From a bacterium (GTDB lineage: Bacteria > Patescibacteriota > Saccharimonadia > Saccharimonadales > UBA4665), in the NCBI GenBank assembly GCA_021800155.1, contig JAJYZG010000001.1, positions 9,583 through 73,582 of the forward strand: a stretch of DNA of 64,000 bases. The letters run 5' to 3'. Under the pieces are notes generated by a model. It worked only from the letters and a program-made list of their open reading frames with translations, made no database searches and had not been told where the DNA came from. The position numbers and the translations under genes were made by a program. Below, in pieces: positions 48,724 through 56,713 of the stretch (position 1 is the first letter of the stretch; the number at the start of each line of letters is the position of its first letter).

Positions 48724-51085
48724 AGGAAAGTACATCGTTATAGAAGGTCCCGAAGGTGTTGGTAAAACTACGCAAATAGCAGAGTTAGCTCAACGCTTAC
48801 AAGCTGCCGGTTTGCCAATACGTATATTACGTGAGCCCGATTCTCAGAGTGATTTAACAGCGCGGGTAATTCGACAGCTCACACAAGATCCACGTTACCC
48901 AATGAATAGCGTCACAGAAGTACTGCTGTATAACGCCGCACGCTCACAGTCCTTGCAAGTTATTAACAATAGCACGGCACAAGGGGTGACATGCGTAGTC
49001 GACCGTAACTATTTAACCACTCTAGCAATTCAATACTATGGTCGCGGAGACGTACCAGATTACCAGACAATTAACCAGATAATAAAATTTGCCGTTAACG
49101 GTATCGAACCGGATTTAACCATGGTTTTAGACGCTCCGGTGCAGTTATTACTAGATAGAATGGCGGACCGTAATCATGGGGAACGTTTTGATGACCTAGA
49201 TGCCGCTTTCTTAGAGCGAGTCAGGGCAGGTTATCTATGGGAGGCAAATCAAAGGGGTCTACCAATCATATTTGCAACCGGCACGCCGCAAGAAGTGGCC
49301 AATCGTATATGGCAGCAAGTGGTACAAACTTTAAGTATCCGCACAAAAACAGTTGCGGCGACAAATCCACCACCTAGAACCGAAAAGCTATCGGCCGCAG
49401 CGTTACCCATGATCGGAAAAGCTAATGCCGGCTCCAATGACAACTTAACTTCGGAAAAGCTAATTATTAAAAAGCCTAGCGGCTACAGCGTAACGAAAGC
49501 CGGTAAACAGTTTTTAACTCAGGTTGTAACCAATACAGATGGTAACGTTTATGCTTTTTATAACCACATAGCGCCTCCAACTGTTGCTGCCGCCATGGCA
49601 AGACTTAGCCGGCGTGGAGACGATATGCGCATTACGTTGCTTGACGAATTTGCGGCTAATGCCCAAAGGGAGCAAGATCTGCTAAGACGAGTGATAAGTG
49701 CTTACGGTGACGACTCAGTCCAACAACTTGCCGGAATTCATGTTGTCGTCGAAAATGCCTCTAATCTGTTAACGAAAAAACTAGAGTGGGGAAGGCTGGC
49801 TGCCTACCTCGAGCAATCAACACGTTACATATACTTCGATCAAAAAACAGCAGCTAACAAGTACCGTTACTACACCCCGGACAATTTGGACGATAAAACC
49901 AAACGCAGCTACAACCGAACCATGGATCAAATCTTCGACATCTATTCTGATCTAGTCCATAAATTAACAAACCACATTGATAAAGCAAGCAAAGTGTTAA
50001 AGTCCGAGCGGGACGGAGCATTTAGATCAGCAGTAAGGGCGCAGGCATGCGACGCAATCCGCCCACTGTTGCCTGTCGCCACGACATCCACAGTCGGAAT
50101 CTATGCCTCGGCTCAAGCCTTGGAGTCGTTAATTATGCATTTACTGGCAGACGAGTTAGCAGAGGCCAGAAGTACTGGCGAAGCATTACTAATTGAAGCC
50201 CGGAAAGTCATCCCGATGTTCTTAGAACGTGCCGACAAACCCGACCGGGGAGGTGCAATGACAGCATATAAGGCCAACGTTAACCGACTAATGCAACAAC
50301 TCGCAGACGAAACTATTAATCAGACTTCAATACCAAATGACGTTAACAGCGTAACGCTTACTGACATTTGGCCAAAAAACGAACTGGATTTAGTGCCCGA
50401 TATGCTTTACGAGTACAGCAATATACCATTGGAATCGATTCGGGCTCTAGTTAATGATTGGCCGTACGAAAAAAAGCAGTTGGTAATGCGATCTTACTTT
50501 GGTGAACGTCTTAATCGACGCCAGCGCCCGGGAAGAGCACTAGAAAAAGCTCATTATAGCTGGGATTTGATGTGCGACTATGGCATATTTCGTGATCTGC
50601 AGCGGCATCGTATGGTTGATGACCTCGAATGGCAAAAACTAACTCCCCGATACGGTTATGAGATACCTGAAATAGTAGAAGAAGCAGACTTAAGTGAAGA
50701 ATTTGAAAGGGCTTTTAACCTAGCACTAAAGCTCAATAGCGAATTAGTAGCGGCAGGGTTCGCACTGGAAGCACAATATGCCACGCTACTTGGCCATCGT
50801 ATGCGCTGGAAACTAACATATAACGCGCGTGAAGCTTTTCACTTACACGAACTCCGCACGTCTCCGCAGGGTCATCCAGGTTATCGTAAGTTAGTCAAAG
50901 CAATGCACGATAAATTAGCCAATGTTCATCCTCTTCTCGCTGAAGCAATGATATTTGTTAATCGCGATGAAGACCCGGAACTAACTCGCTTGGCAGCTGA
51001 ACGCTATACGCAATTTAGACTTTCATATTTGGACAATATACAAAAGACCAAAAAGCAAACGACTAAAACTAAATCAACGGAATAG
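48716..51085 (+). CDS. Fusion protein: thymidylate kinase (N-terminal) + large ThyX-type flavin-dependent thymidylate synthase (C-terminal)
   Basis: ATG 48716 overlaps the dcd stop (ATGATTAA). The Tmk part has IVIEGPEGVGKTTQ, LREPD and DRNYLTTLAIQ. After a linker comes a ThyX part with ARLSRRGDD, QRHRM, NAREAFHLHELRTSPQGH. The track's upstream start at 48674 is less likely. Confidence 0.75.
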   Translation: MIKGKYIVIEGPEGVGKTTQIAELAQRLQAAGLPIRILREPDSQSDLTARVIRQLTQDPRYPMNSVTEVLLYNAARSQSLQVINNSTAQGVTCVVDRNYLTTLAIQYYGRGDVPDYQTINQIIKFAVNGIEPDLTMVLDAPVQLLLDRMADRNHGERFDDLDAAFLERVRAGYLWEANQRGLPIIFATGTPQEVANRIWQQVVQTLSIRTKTVAATNPPPRTEKLSAAALPMIGKANAGSNDNLTSEKLIIKKPSGYSVTKAGKQFLTQVVTNTDGNVYAFYNHIAPPTVAAAMARLSRRGDDMRITLLDEFAANAQREQDLLRRVISAYGDDSVQQLAGIHVVVENASNLLTKKLEWGRLAAYLEQSTRYIYFDQKTAANKYRYYTPDNLDDKTKRSYNRTMDQIFDIYSDLVHKLTNHIDKASKVLKSERDGAFRSAVRAQACDAIRPLLPVATTSTVGIYASAQALESLIMHLLADELAEARSTGEALLIEARKVIPMFLERADKPDRGGAMTAYKANVNRLMQQLADETINQTSIPNDVNSVTLTDIWPKNELDLVPDMLYEYSNIPLESIRALVNDWPYEKKQLVMRSYFGERLNRRQRPGRALEKAHYSWDLMCDYGIFRDLQRHRMVDDLEWQKLTPRYGYEIPEIVEEADLSEEFERAFNLALKLNSELVAAGFALEAQYATLLGHRMRWKLTYNAREAFHLHELRTSPQGHPGYRKLVKAMHDKLANVHPLLAEAMIFVNRDEDPELTRLAAERYTQFRLSYLDNIQKTKKQTTKTKSTE

Positions 51086-51635
51086 AGACGTGAGCCATAG
51101 GACTATTCTGAACATCACGCATATAGAAAACCGATCCCGTAGGTTGATACTGACAGCCAAAACCCGACAAAGTCCCAAAAGGCACTTTCAGGTTATTCTC
51201 CAAAAACACAATTGGTTCTATAGCAGACTGACCGATTGCGAATCTACTCATCCGTTCGTGATCCGATAGATCAACTTTTGATACCAAATCTCCTCTAAGC
51301 TTATCTTGAGTCACGTCTTGCAATAAAACACTACCTTGCCCAATTGCGTCAGCAACTGCGAGTATTTTACGTATCGAATTATGAATACCTTCGTAATAAT
51401 CCTGTTGCTCCTGGTCACTGTTATTAAATGGATACGCAGCGAAACCGGGTGCTTTCCCTATCAATAATTCATCCGTAAACCAACTGATAAGTTGTACGGC
51501 ATGTGCAAAAGCATGGTCTTTGTAATCTTCGCTTGCCAGAGACTTCTTGTAATCTCTATACATGCCATCGATAAACCTATAGACCACATCTTCGTATTTA
51601 AGCCCACTCGCTCCAACTTCAACTATTGTACTCAT
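51069..51635 (-). CDS. Hypothetical protein, 188 aa
   Basis: Clean ORF that is soluble and acidic, with no recognised motif and a weak RBS. Its 3' end overlaps the tmk-thyX 3' end by 17 nt. Confidence 0.5.
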   Translation of the reverse strand: MSTIVEVGASGLKYEDVVYRFIDGMYRDYKKSLASEDYKDHAFAHAVQLISWFTDELLIGKAPGFAAYPFNNSDQEQQDYYEGIHNSIRKILAVADAIGQGSVLLQDVTQDKLRGDLVSKVDLSDHERMSRFAIGQSAIEPIVFLENNLKVPFGTLSGFGCQYQPTGSVFYMRDVQNSPMAHVSIPLI

Positions 51636-51715
51636 CTTTAAATTTCACTAAAACCGAAGTTTAGACTACTCGCATTGATAGCTGTTGTCAATCTCTGCAT
51701 TTACTAGAGTTAACA

Positions 51716-51822
51716 CAAAAATAAAAGTGGAATTGACTTTAGGGTTAGCTTGACTGAACTCAAAAATACAAGTGGAATAACTCTTTAAGACCATAACGCT
51801 TCTAACGTAAGCTGGTTGTTGG
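51716..51822 (+). repeat. Direct repeat copy 1 (IS-end/transposase-upstream sequence), with a 21-nt perfect core at 51802..51822
   Basis: CAAAAATAAAAG ... ACTCTTTaAGACcATAaCgcTtCTAACGTAAGCTGGTTGTTGG. Copy 2 is at 53688..53748. Copy 1 carries about 45 extra nt with an internal duplication (AAAAATAMAAGTGGAAT). Confidence 0.7.
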
Positions 51823-51851
51823 AATAACAATAAGCTTCTAAGGAGAAAACT

Positions 51852-52467
51852 ATGGCGCAAATACATAATAACTTTAGTGACGCTAGGGTAAAACAACACC
51901 TGGCTTGGTATGTAAACGTCTCTATGAGCCGTGATGACATGTGTAACCAACTAGGCATAAAACACAACGATTTTATAAATTACTCAATAGTTGCCGGGCT
52001 GACTCGTCAAAGTTTAGTGTGACTTGCGGTCGAGAACATGCTCTTAGCCCTGAGGCCAAAGGCAAGATAGAAAGGCAATACAGATGGATACAGGATAGGA
52101 TTGTCCGTAGAGCCGCCAGATAGAACATTCCAAAAGTATTGAAGCAGTCGAACTAAGCCTGGCTCAGAAGGTAGATAGGTACTATAACCGACAGATACAC
52201 TCAACCGCCAGTGAGATACCATCAGTACGGTTTCTAAACGTAGTTAATGATGATCGGTCAATTTCCAGACCCCTAGATATTACTAAAGCTAAACCACCAG
52301 TTACTTCAACCAAGGATATCTTCTGTCTTATGACAGAGCGTAAGGTCAAAGGCTACAATCAGATTTCACTTGTCGGTATACAGTTAGGCGCACCGGGCGC
52401 ATTTGCCAGACGGTATGGCAGTAGCTGCGACAGCTGTTTCGGTAGACTTTGCCAAATAACTTCTTGA
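51852..52467 (+). pseudogene. Transposase pseudogene fragment (N-terminal HTH part, frameshifted)
   Basis: AGGAG RBS plus a 56-aa ORF (MAQIHNNFSDARVKQHLAWYVNVSMSRDDMCNQLGIKHNDFINY...). It is followed by two further start-less open stretches in other frames (...LSPEAKGKIERQYRWIQDRIV...; ...VDRYYNRQIHSTASEIPSVRFLNVVNDD...). Confidence 0.55.
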
Positions 52468-52526
52468 TTTAACTTTGTTATGCTAACTTGAGGTTGTCTT
52501 CGTCAGACAGTTCGGACTTTTGCTAG

Positions 52527-52982
52527 CTAACTCTGAAACCTTGCAGCTGTAAAAGACATGATAATCGGTATATCAATAGCAAACAGGATTAAGGCTAACG
52601 TTAATATAACCAACATTTGGCCTCTCACATGATCGTAAATAAATATATACTCTAACATGCCAGCTTCAACTACATATTCTAGAATTACCCATCTAAATAC
52701 CTTAAAAAACTTATCCCAAGCCAAATTCTTAATCTGGCTAAGCCATATCGCAGCGAACAGCGCCAAAACACCACCCAAGCCCAACAGAGTTGTGACGATT
52801 AGCATGGAGGGTAAATTAGGTAGGTGAGCAGCAATGTAAATACCGTCAATAATAATAAAAGTCAGTGACGCAAGACATAGTTGGTTAATAGGTGGGAATT
52901 TTTGTTCCCAGTATTCCACTTTCTTAGATTGTGACTTTGTTTGACCATTTTGGCGGGCGCTGTTAAGTCGAGTATCGCTCAT
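52527..52982 (-). CDS. Membrane protein, 151 aa (4 TM)
   Basis: Second gene of a two-gene operon, with an ATGA overlap to the upstream gene. A polar N-terminus is followed by 4 hydrophobic helices. Confidence 0.65.
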   Translation of the reverse strand: MSDTRLNSARQNGQTKSQSKKVEYWEQKFPPINQLCLASLTFIIIDGIYIAAHLPNLPSMLIVTTLLGLGGVLALFAAIWLSQIKNLAWDKFFKVFRWVILEYVVEAGMLEYIFIYDHVRGQMLVILTLALILFAIDIPIIMSFTAARFQS

Positions 52983-53578
52983 AACGTGGCAACTCTCGTC
53001 ATGATTAAGAGAGTAGCTACTTGCATAATGCCCAAGATAGCAGACCCATAAATAAAGCGATGCATTAATACGCTAATAAGTCTTGGATTTGGCTCCGGTT
53101 TCTTTAGTTCAAATAAGATGGCTAGATTGGCTGGTGCTAATGAGCCCATGGCTACCAGTAGCATTACACCCACGACGCAAAAAGCTACGATCAGCCAGGT
53201 ATGCTCTGGCTGTGCTGGCGTTAAATAACCCAGATGTCGTGCCAGCTGGAACCCGCCAGCCAGAGTCATGGTCACAAGTGTTGGAACAATTAACAGCATT
53301 TTTGGCATAAAGCGTTTAGAAAATTCAACTTTTGCGGAGATTGACAACCGCGCAAGCACCATTGGACCAATCAACAGCCCAACCAAAAGATCAGTTGCCG
53401 TCCACAAACCGCCGCCTACAACGTGAAAGAAGTCTAAGGCCCAAAGCTTATTGGTGGCAATTGCAACGATTAAGCCAATTAAAATAACCGCCACAATTGG
53501 AATGCCCTTAATTGGCACTATCTGAAAATTAGAGCCAGAGTTTGAAGTTGCTGCTTTGACTGAGCCCGCTTGTACCAT
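52979..53578 (-). CDS. Membrane protein, 199 aa (about 5 TM; FHVVGGGLW motif, tentatively CopD/DUF2269-like)
   Basis: Hydrophobic profile. It is served by a near-consensus promoter on the minus strand. Confidence 0.65.
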   Translation of the reverse strand: MVQAGSVKAATSNSGSNFQIVPIKGIPIVAVILIGLIVAIATNKLWALDFFHVVGGGLWTATDLLVGLLIGPMVLARLSISAKVEFSKRFMPKMLLIVPTLVTMTLAGGFQLARHLGYLTPAQPEHTWLIVAFCVVGVMLLVAMGSLAPANLAILFELKKPEPNPRLISVLMHRFIYGSAILGIMQVATLLIMTRVATL

Positions 53579-53635
53579 AGTCTTGTTCTACTTTTAACGT
53601 CTCATCTGCATAAAGTATGGTGTGAAGTTAAAAAA

Positions 53636-53664
53636 ATTATATATAAAGCGAGAGCAAAGGTCAA
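53636..53664 (-). promoter_or_regulatory. Promoter of the membrane-protein operon (TTGACC-17-TATAAT on the minus strand)
   Basis: Reverse complement of 53659..53664 is TTGACC, the spacer is 17 nt, and the reverse complement of 53636..53641 is TATAAT. It lies about 58 nt upstream of the ATG at 53578. Confidence 0.6.
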
Positions 53665-53687
53665 TTTTACTACAGGCACTGTTAGGA

Positions 53688-53748
53688 CAAAAATAAAAGC
53701 AACATGACTCTTTGAGACATAGCTCTCCTAACGTAAGCTGGTTGTTGG
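53688..53748 (+). repeat. Direct repeat copy 2, with the 21-nt perfect core at 53728..53748
   Basis: CAAAAATAAAAGcaacatgACTCTTTgAGACATAgCtcTcCTAACGTAAGCTGGTTGTTGG, matching 51716..51822. Confidence 0.7.
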
Positions 53749-53782
53749 CTCTTATACCAATATTGACAGAGCCGAAACATTA

Positions 53783-54375
53783 GTGTGGTACTGGACAATT
53801 ATTGAAGGTACCGAAAAAACTGTAGATTATAATGTAGCAAGCGATACGTTAGAAGCTATAGGGTACGCAGTACAGGCAGCTATCACTGACGACAGACGAG
53901 GCGTCAGGCAAATGCTAGAAAATAAAGGCATTCCTGCCCAACAATGCCACTTTCACCAGCTGCAAACCATTATCCAATGCTTAACCCGGAGCGAACTAAG
54001 TTAATCCAAAACCAAGAGCTGAGAGCCATTGCTTTGACGCTCAGTAAAATTACTAAAGCTGAGTTCGAGAAACAACTTGACGATTGGTACAAAAAACACG
54101 GTGAATGGCTTAAGGAACGCTAACGAGAACCCATAACCAAAAGTCTACGTTACCAACATGACCGTACTAGACGAGCTTACTTCTCCTTACGAAGAAACCT
54201 GAACTACTTGTTTACCTACCAGGATGAAACACTGACCCAACAAGGTATTAGAATACCCAATACAACCAGTCCGTTAGACGGCAGGTTTGCAGTTTGAAAA
54301 GACAAACTTAAACCACATCGTGGCTGCACAAAACAACGTAAAGTTAAAATCCTGAGTTGTTAATTCTCTAGAGCA
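53783..54375 (+). pseudogene. Transposase pseudogene fragment (DDE catalytic/C-terminal part; one frameshift and in-frame stops)
   Basis: ...AITDDRRGVRQMLENKGIPAQQCHFHQLQ... then a frameshift ...LRAIALTLSKITKAEFEKQLDDWYKKHGEWLKER* REPITKSLRYQHDRTRRAYFSLRRNLNYLFTY...IPNTTSPLDGRFAV*KDKLKPHRG.... This is the typical D..G...QxCxxH and TTN.LEG...LK...HRG layout of DDE transposases. I cannot assign the IS family. Confidence 0.6.
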
Positions 54376-54564
54376 ACCGTCTAGGTAAACAACCCAAAAC
54401 CAGCCTTTAACCCAATAAAGCCTTACAAATCGGCGACTAGCTACAAGCTTATAAGTTTTTAAAAGTAATTGCCGTTTCCCGAGACACAATTAGATCAATT
54501 AAACTCCTATATATTGACTATTAAAGCAATCAGCGATTAGACTATAAATGTTATGGGTTTTAAC

Positions 54565-54692
54565 TTGAAGCAGAGCAGAATCGTCACAATTCTAGCCAGA
54601 TCAGGGCTGTGCTTCAGTACGGTTGAAGCCTGCGCATAAAAATAGCGCCAAGCACAGTCCGCAAGAAAAGGCTTCAATCGGGAAGCTTTTTT
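54565..54692 (+). promoter_or_regulatory. Attenuator-like leader with mutually exclusive helices, ending in a terminator hairpin plus T6
   Basis: Five GAAGC/GCTTC segments: TTGAAGC at 54565, GCTTCA at 54611, GGTTGAAGCC at 54621, GGCTTCAATC at 54670, GAAGC at 54682 followed by TTTTTT. There is also an 11-bp helix, GGGCTGTGCTT (54604) with AAGCACAGTCC (54650). Confidence 0.4.
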
Positions 54693-54711
54693 CAATTAAG
54701 GAGAAGACAAA

Positions 54712-54930
54712 ATGAGCACCAAAGATTTCAATTTACTTAGAGCACGCTATAGGCACTATTTTTCGGGACCATACGAGTCTATAGCCGTTGCAGACGGATT
54801 TGACTACCCTGACGATCCACCGACACAAGACCAAACAACAGAGGCTCAAACAGATAAACATCTGCTGCACAAAGATATAGGCAACATTGCAGTTAGTGCG
54901 GAAGCACTTTACCGAGACTCGTCAATCTGA
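54712..54930 (+). CDS. Hypothetical small acidic protein, 72 aa
   Basis: AAGGAG RBS 8 nt upstream of the ATG; no recognisable motif. Confidence 0.5.
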   Translation: MSTKDFNLLRARYRHYFSGPYESIAVADGFDYPDDPPTQDQTTEAQTDKHLLHKDIGNIAVSAEALYRDSSI

Positions 54931-54945
54931 TATATTACTAGTTAA

Positions 54946-55078
54946 GTTGCCAAAGACAGCGACGGGGTGAACCCTTGATAATGTCGCCGAGGTGTAAAAT
55001 CTTGCAGTCTAAAAGTCTTTGGATAATAGCAAAGACTTGTTAATGGCAACGATCAAAGAATCGGGTCGAGATCTTTGA
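54946..55078 (+). promoter_or_regulatory. Structured rplJ 5' leader (candidate L10(L12)4 autoregulatory leader)
   Basis: Nested helices: GTTGCC (54946) with GGCAAC (55045), CGAC..GGG-TGAA-CCC..GTCG, AAGTCTTT with AAAGACTT, then TCAAAGA (55053) with TCTTTGA (55072). Confidence 0.45.
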
Positions 55079-55112
55079 ACGTAGACAATACTAGATATGG
55101 AGAAAAAGCTAA

Positions 55113-55634
55113 ATGCCTTTAACAAGAGAAAAGAAAGAACAAATAGTTGAAGATATAAGCGAACTTTTAAAAAGTTCAAAAATGACTGTAGTTGCTAAAT
55201 ACCAGGGTACGCCCGTTAAGGATATGCAACTATTACGGCGTGAGGCAAAAATATCCGGCACAACAGTAAGAGTAGTGAAAAATAGGCTGGTTATACAAGC
55301 TATACAGAGGAATGAGCAGTTAAAAAACGTCGACATCTCACATCTAGAAGGCATGTTAGCTTATGCATTCAATAATGACGATGAAGCTGCTTCGGCTCAA
55401 AGCCTAGCTGCATTTGCAAAAACTAATCCTCAGATCGAATTCGTCGGTGCTATCACACCCGAAGGCAAATGGATTAATGCTGATGCAGTAGAGGCTCTAT
55501 CTATGCTGCCAAGTAAGCCCGTATTAATCAGCTCAGTCATTACACTTTTAGTGTCACCTGTCGGAAAAATTCTTAGTGCCAGTGGCAATGGCTTAAGTGG
55601 CATAGTGTCAGCCCTGCAAGCTAAGGCTGCATAA
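55113..55634 (+). CDS. rplJ: 50S ribosomal protein L10
   Basis: MPLTREKKEQIVEDI...VVAKYQGT.V..M..LR signature, upstream of rplL. Confidence 0.94.
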   Translation: MPLTREKKEQIVEDISELLKSSKMTVVAKYQGTPVKDMQLLRREAKISGTTVRVVKNRLVIQAIQRNEQLKNVDISHLEGMLAYAFNNDDEAASAQSLAAFAKTNPQIEFVGAITPEGKWINADAVEALSMLPSKPVLISSVITLLVSPVGKILSASGNGLSGIVSALQAKAA

Positions 55635-55667
55635 AGATTATTAAAGCAATTAAAGGAGAAGAAAATT

Positions 55668-56051
55668 ATGGCGAACATTGAAAAACTGGCCGAGGAACTA
55701 GTAGGATTGACCGTTCTAGAAGTAAACGAACTAAGTAATACCCTTAAGGAAAAGTATGGTATTGAGCCTGCAGCCGCATCAGTAGCTGTCGCAGCCCCAG
55801 CGGCAGGCGGGGAAGCTACTGCTCCAGCCGAGGCAGAAAAAAGTGAATATGACGTCGTATTAAAAGATCCTGGGACCCAAAAAGTAGCCGTCATTAAAGC
55901 CGTTAAAGATATTACCAACCTCGGATTAGGCGAAGCCAAAGCTCTAGTTGACGGAGCGCCAAAGACAATTTTGGAAAAGGCTAAAACCGAGGATGCCGAA
56001 GAAGCCAAGAAGAAACTAGAAGAAGCTGGCGCAACGGTAGAGTTATCGTAA
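55668..56051 (+). CDS. rplL: 50S ribosomal protein L7/L12
   Basis: N-terminal dimerisation helix, Ala/Pro hinge and a C-terminal domain ([28 protein letters not shown]...[15 protein letters not shown]). Confidence 0.97.
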   Translation: MANIEKLAEELVGLTVLEVNELSNTLKEKYGIEPAAASVAVAAPAAGGEATAPAEAEKSEYDVVLKDPGTQKVAVIKAVKDITNLGLGEAKALVDGAPKTILEKAKTEDAEEAKKKLEEAGATVELS

Positions 56052-56206
56052 TCTAAAGATATCTATAGCTTACAGCAATATTACCTCCGTCTGTTATCCA
56101 CAGAACACTTTGACTTCTGTTGGCAATAGTGTTAGTTTAAGGTTATCTGTCCCTAGACAAAGATTAGCTATAGAGGCGGAGTAGAAAGAGAAAACCACAT
56201 CATAAA

Positions 56207-56713
56207 ATGGCAGATGTTCCAGATAAACAAATCAAAAGACTGCGCTCACTAATCAGGGAGGCGGAAACGAACTTAGCAGCCGCAAATGAGCTACTAGTGA
56301 GTCTGGTGGGAGACGATGAAAAAATTGTCTCAATTGCACGTGATGATACTCTAGGTAAGGTCATTGAAGGAGTATTTGATGGACAGAACATGGTTGGTAG
56401 TGACGGAAAGACCTATCCTGTACCGGCCAACTACGCTAGTAAGTCTAAACTAGTGCAAGGAGATATTTTGAAACTAACCATATCTGATGATGGAGCGTTT
56501 CTATACAAGCAGATCGGTCCGGTTCCCAGGAAGCAGATTGTCGGCACGCTAAATCTCGAAAACGGCCACTATTTGGTTAATGCCAGTGGAAAGAATTATA
56601 GAGTTTTATTAGCTAGCGTTACCTACTTCAAGGCTAAGCCGGGTGACCAGGTCAGTGTGAACATACCGGAAGACGGCAACTCTGAATGGGCTGCCTTAGA
56701 AGCCGCACTTTAA
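56207..56713 (+). CDS. Hypothetical protein, 168 aa (N-terminal coiled coil + beta-rich C-terminal part)
   Basis: Clean ORF where rpoB would normally follow rplL. It has no recognisable catalytic motif. Confidence 0.6.
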   Translation: MADVPDKQIKRLRSLIREAETNLAAANELLVSLVGDDEKIVSIARDDTLGKVIEGVFDGQNMVGSDGKTYPVPANYASKSKLVQGDILKLTISDDGAFLYKQIGPVPRKQIVGTLNLENGHYLVNASGKNYRVLLASVTYFKAKPGDQVSVNIPEDGNSEWAALEAAL

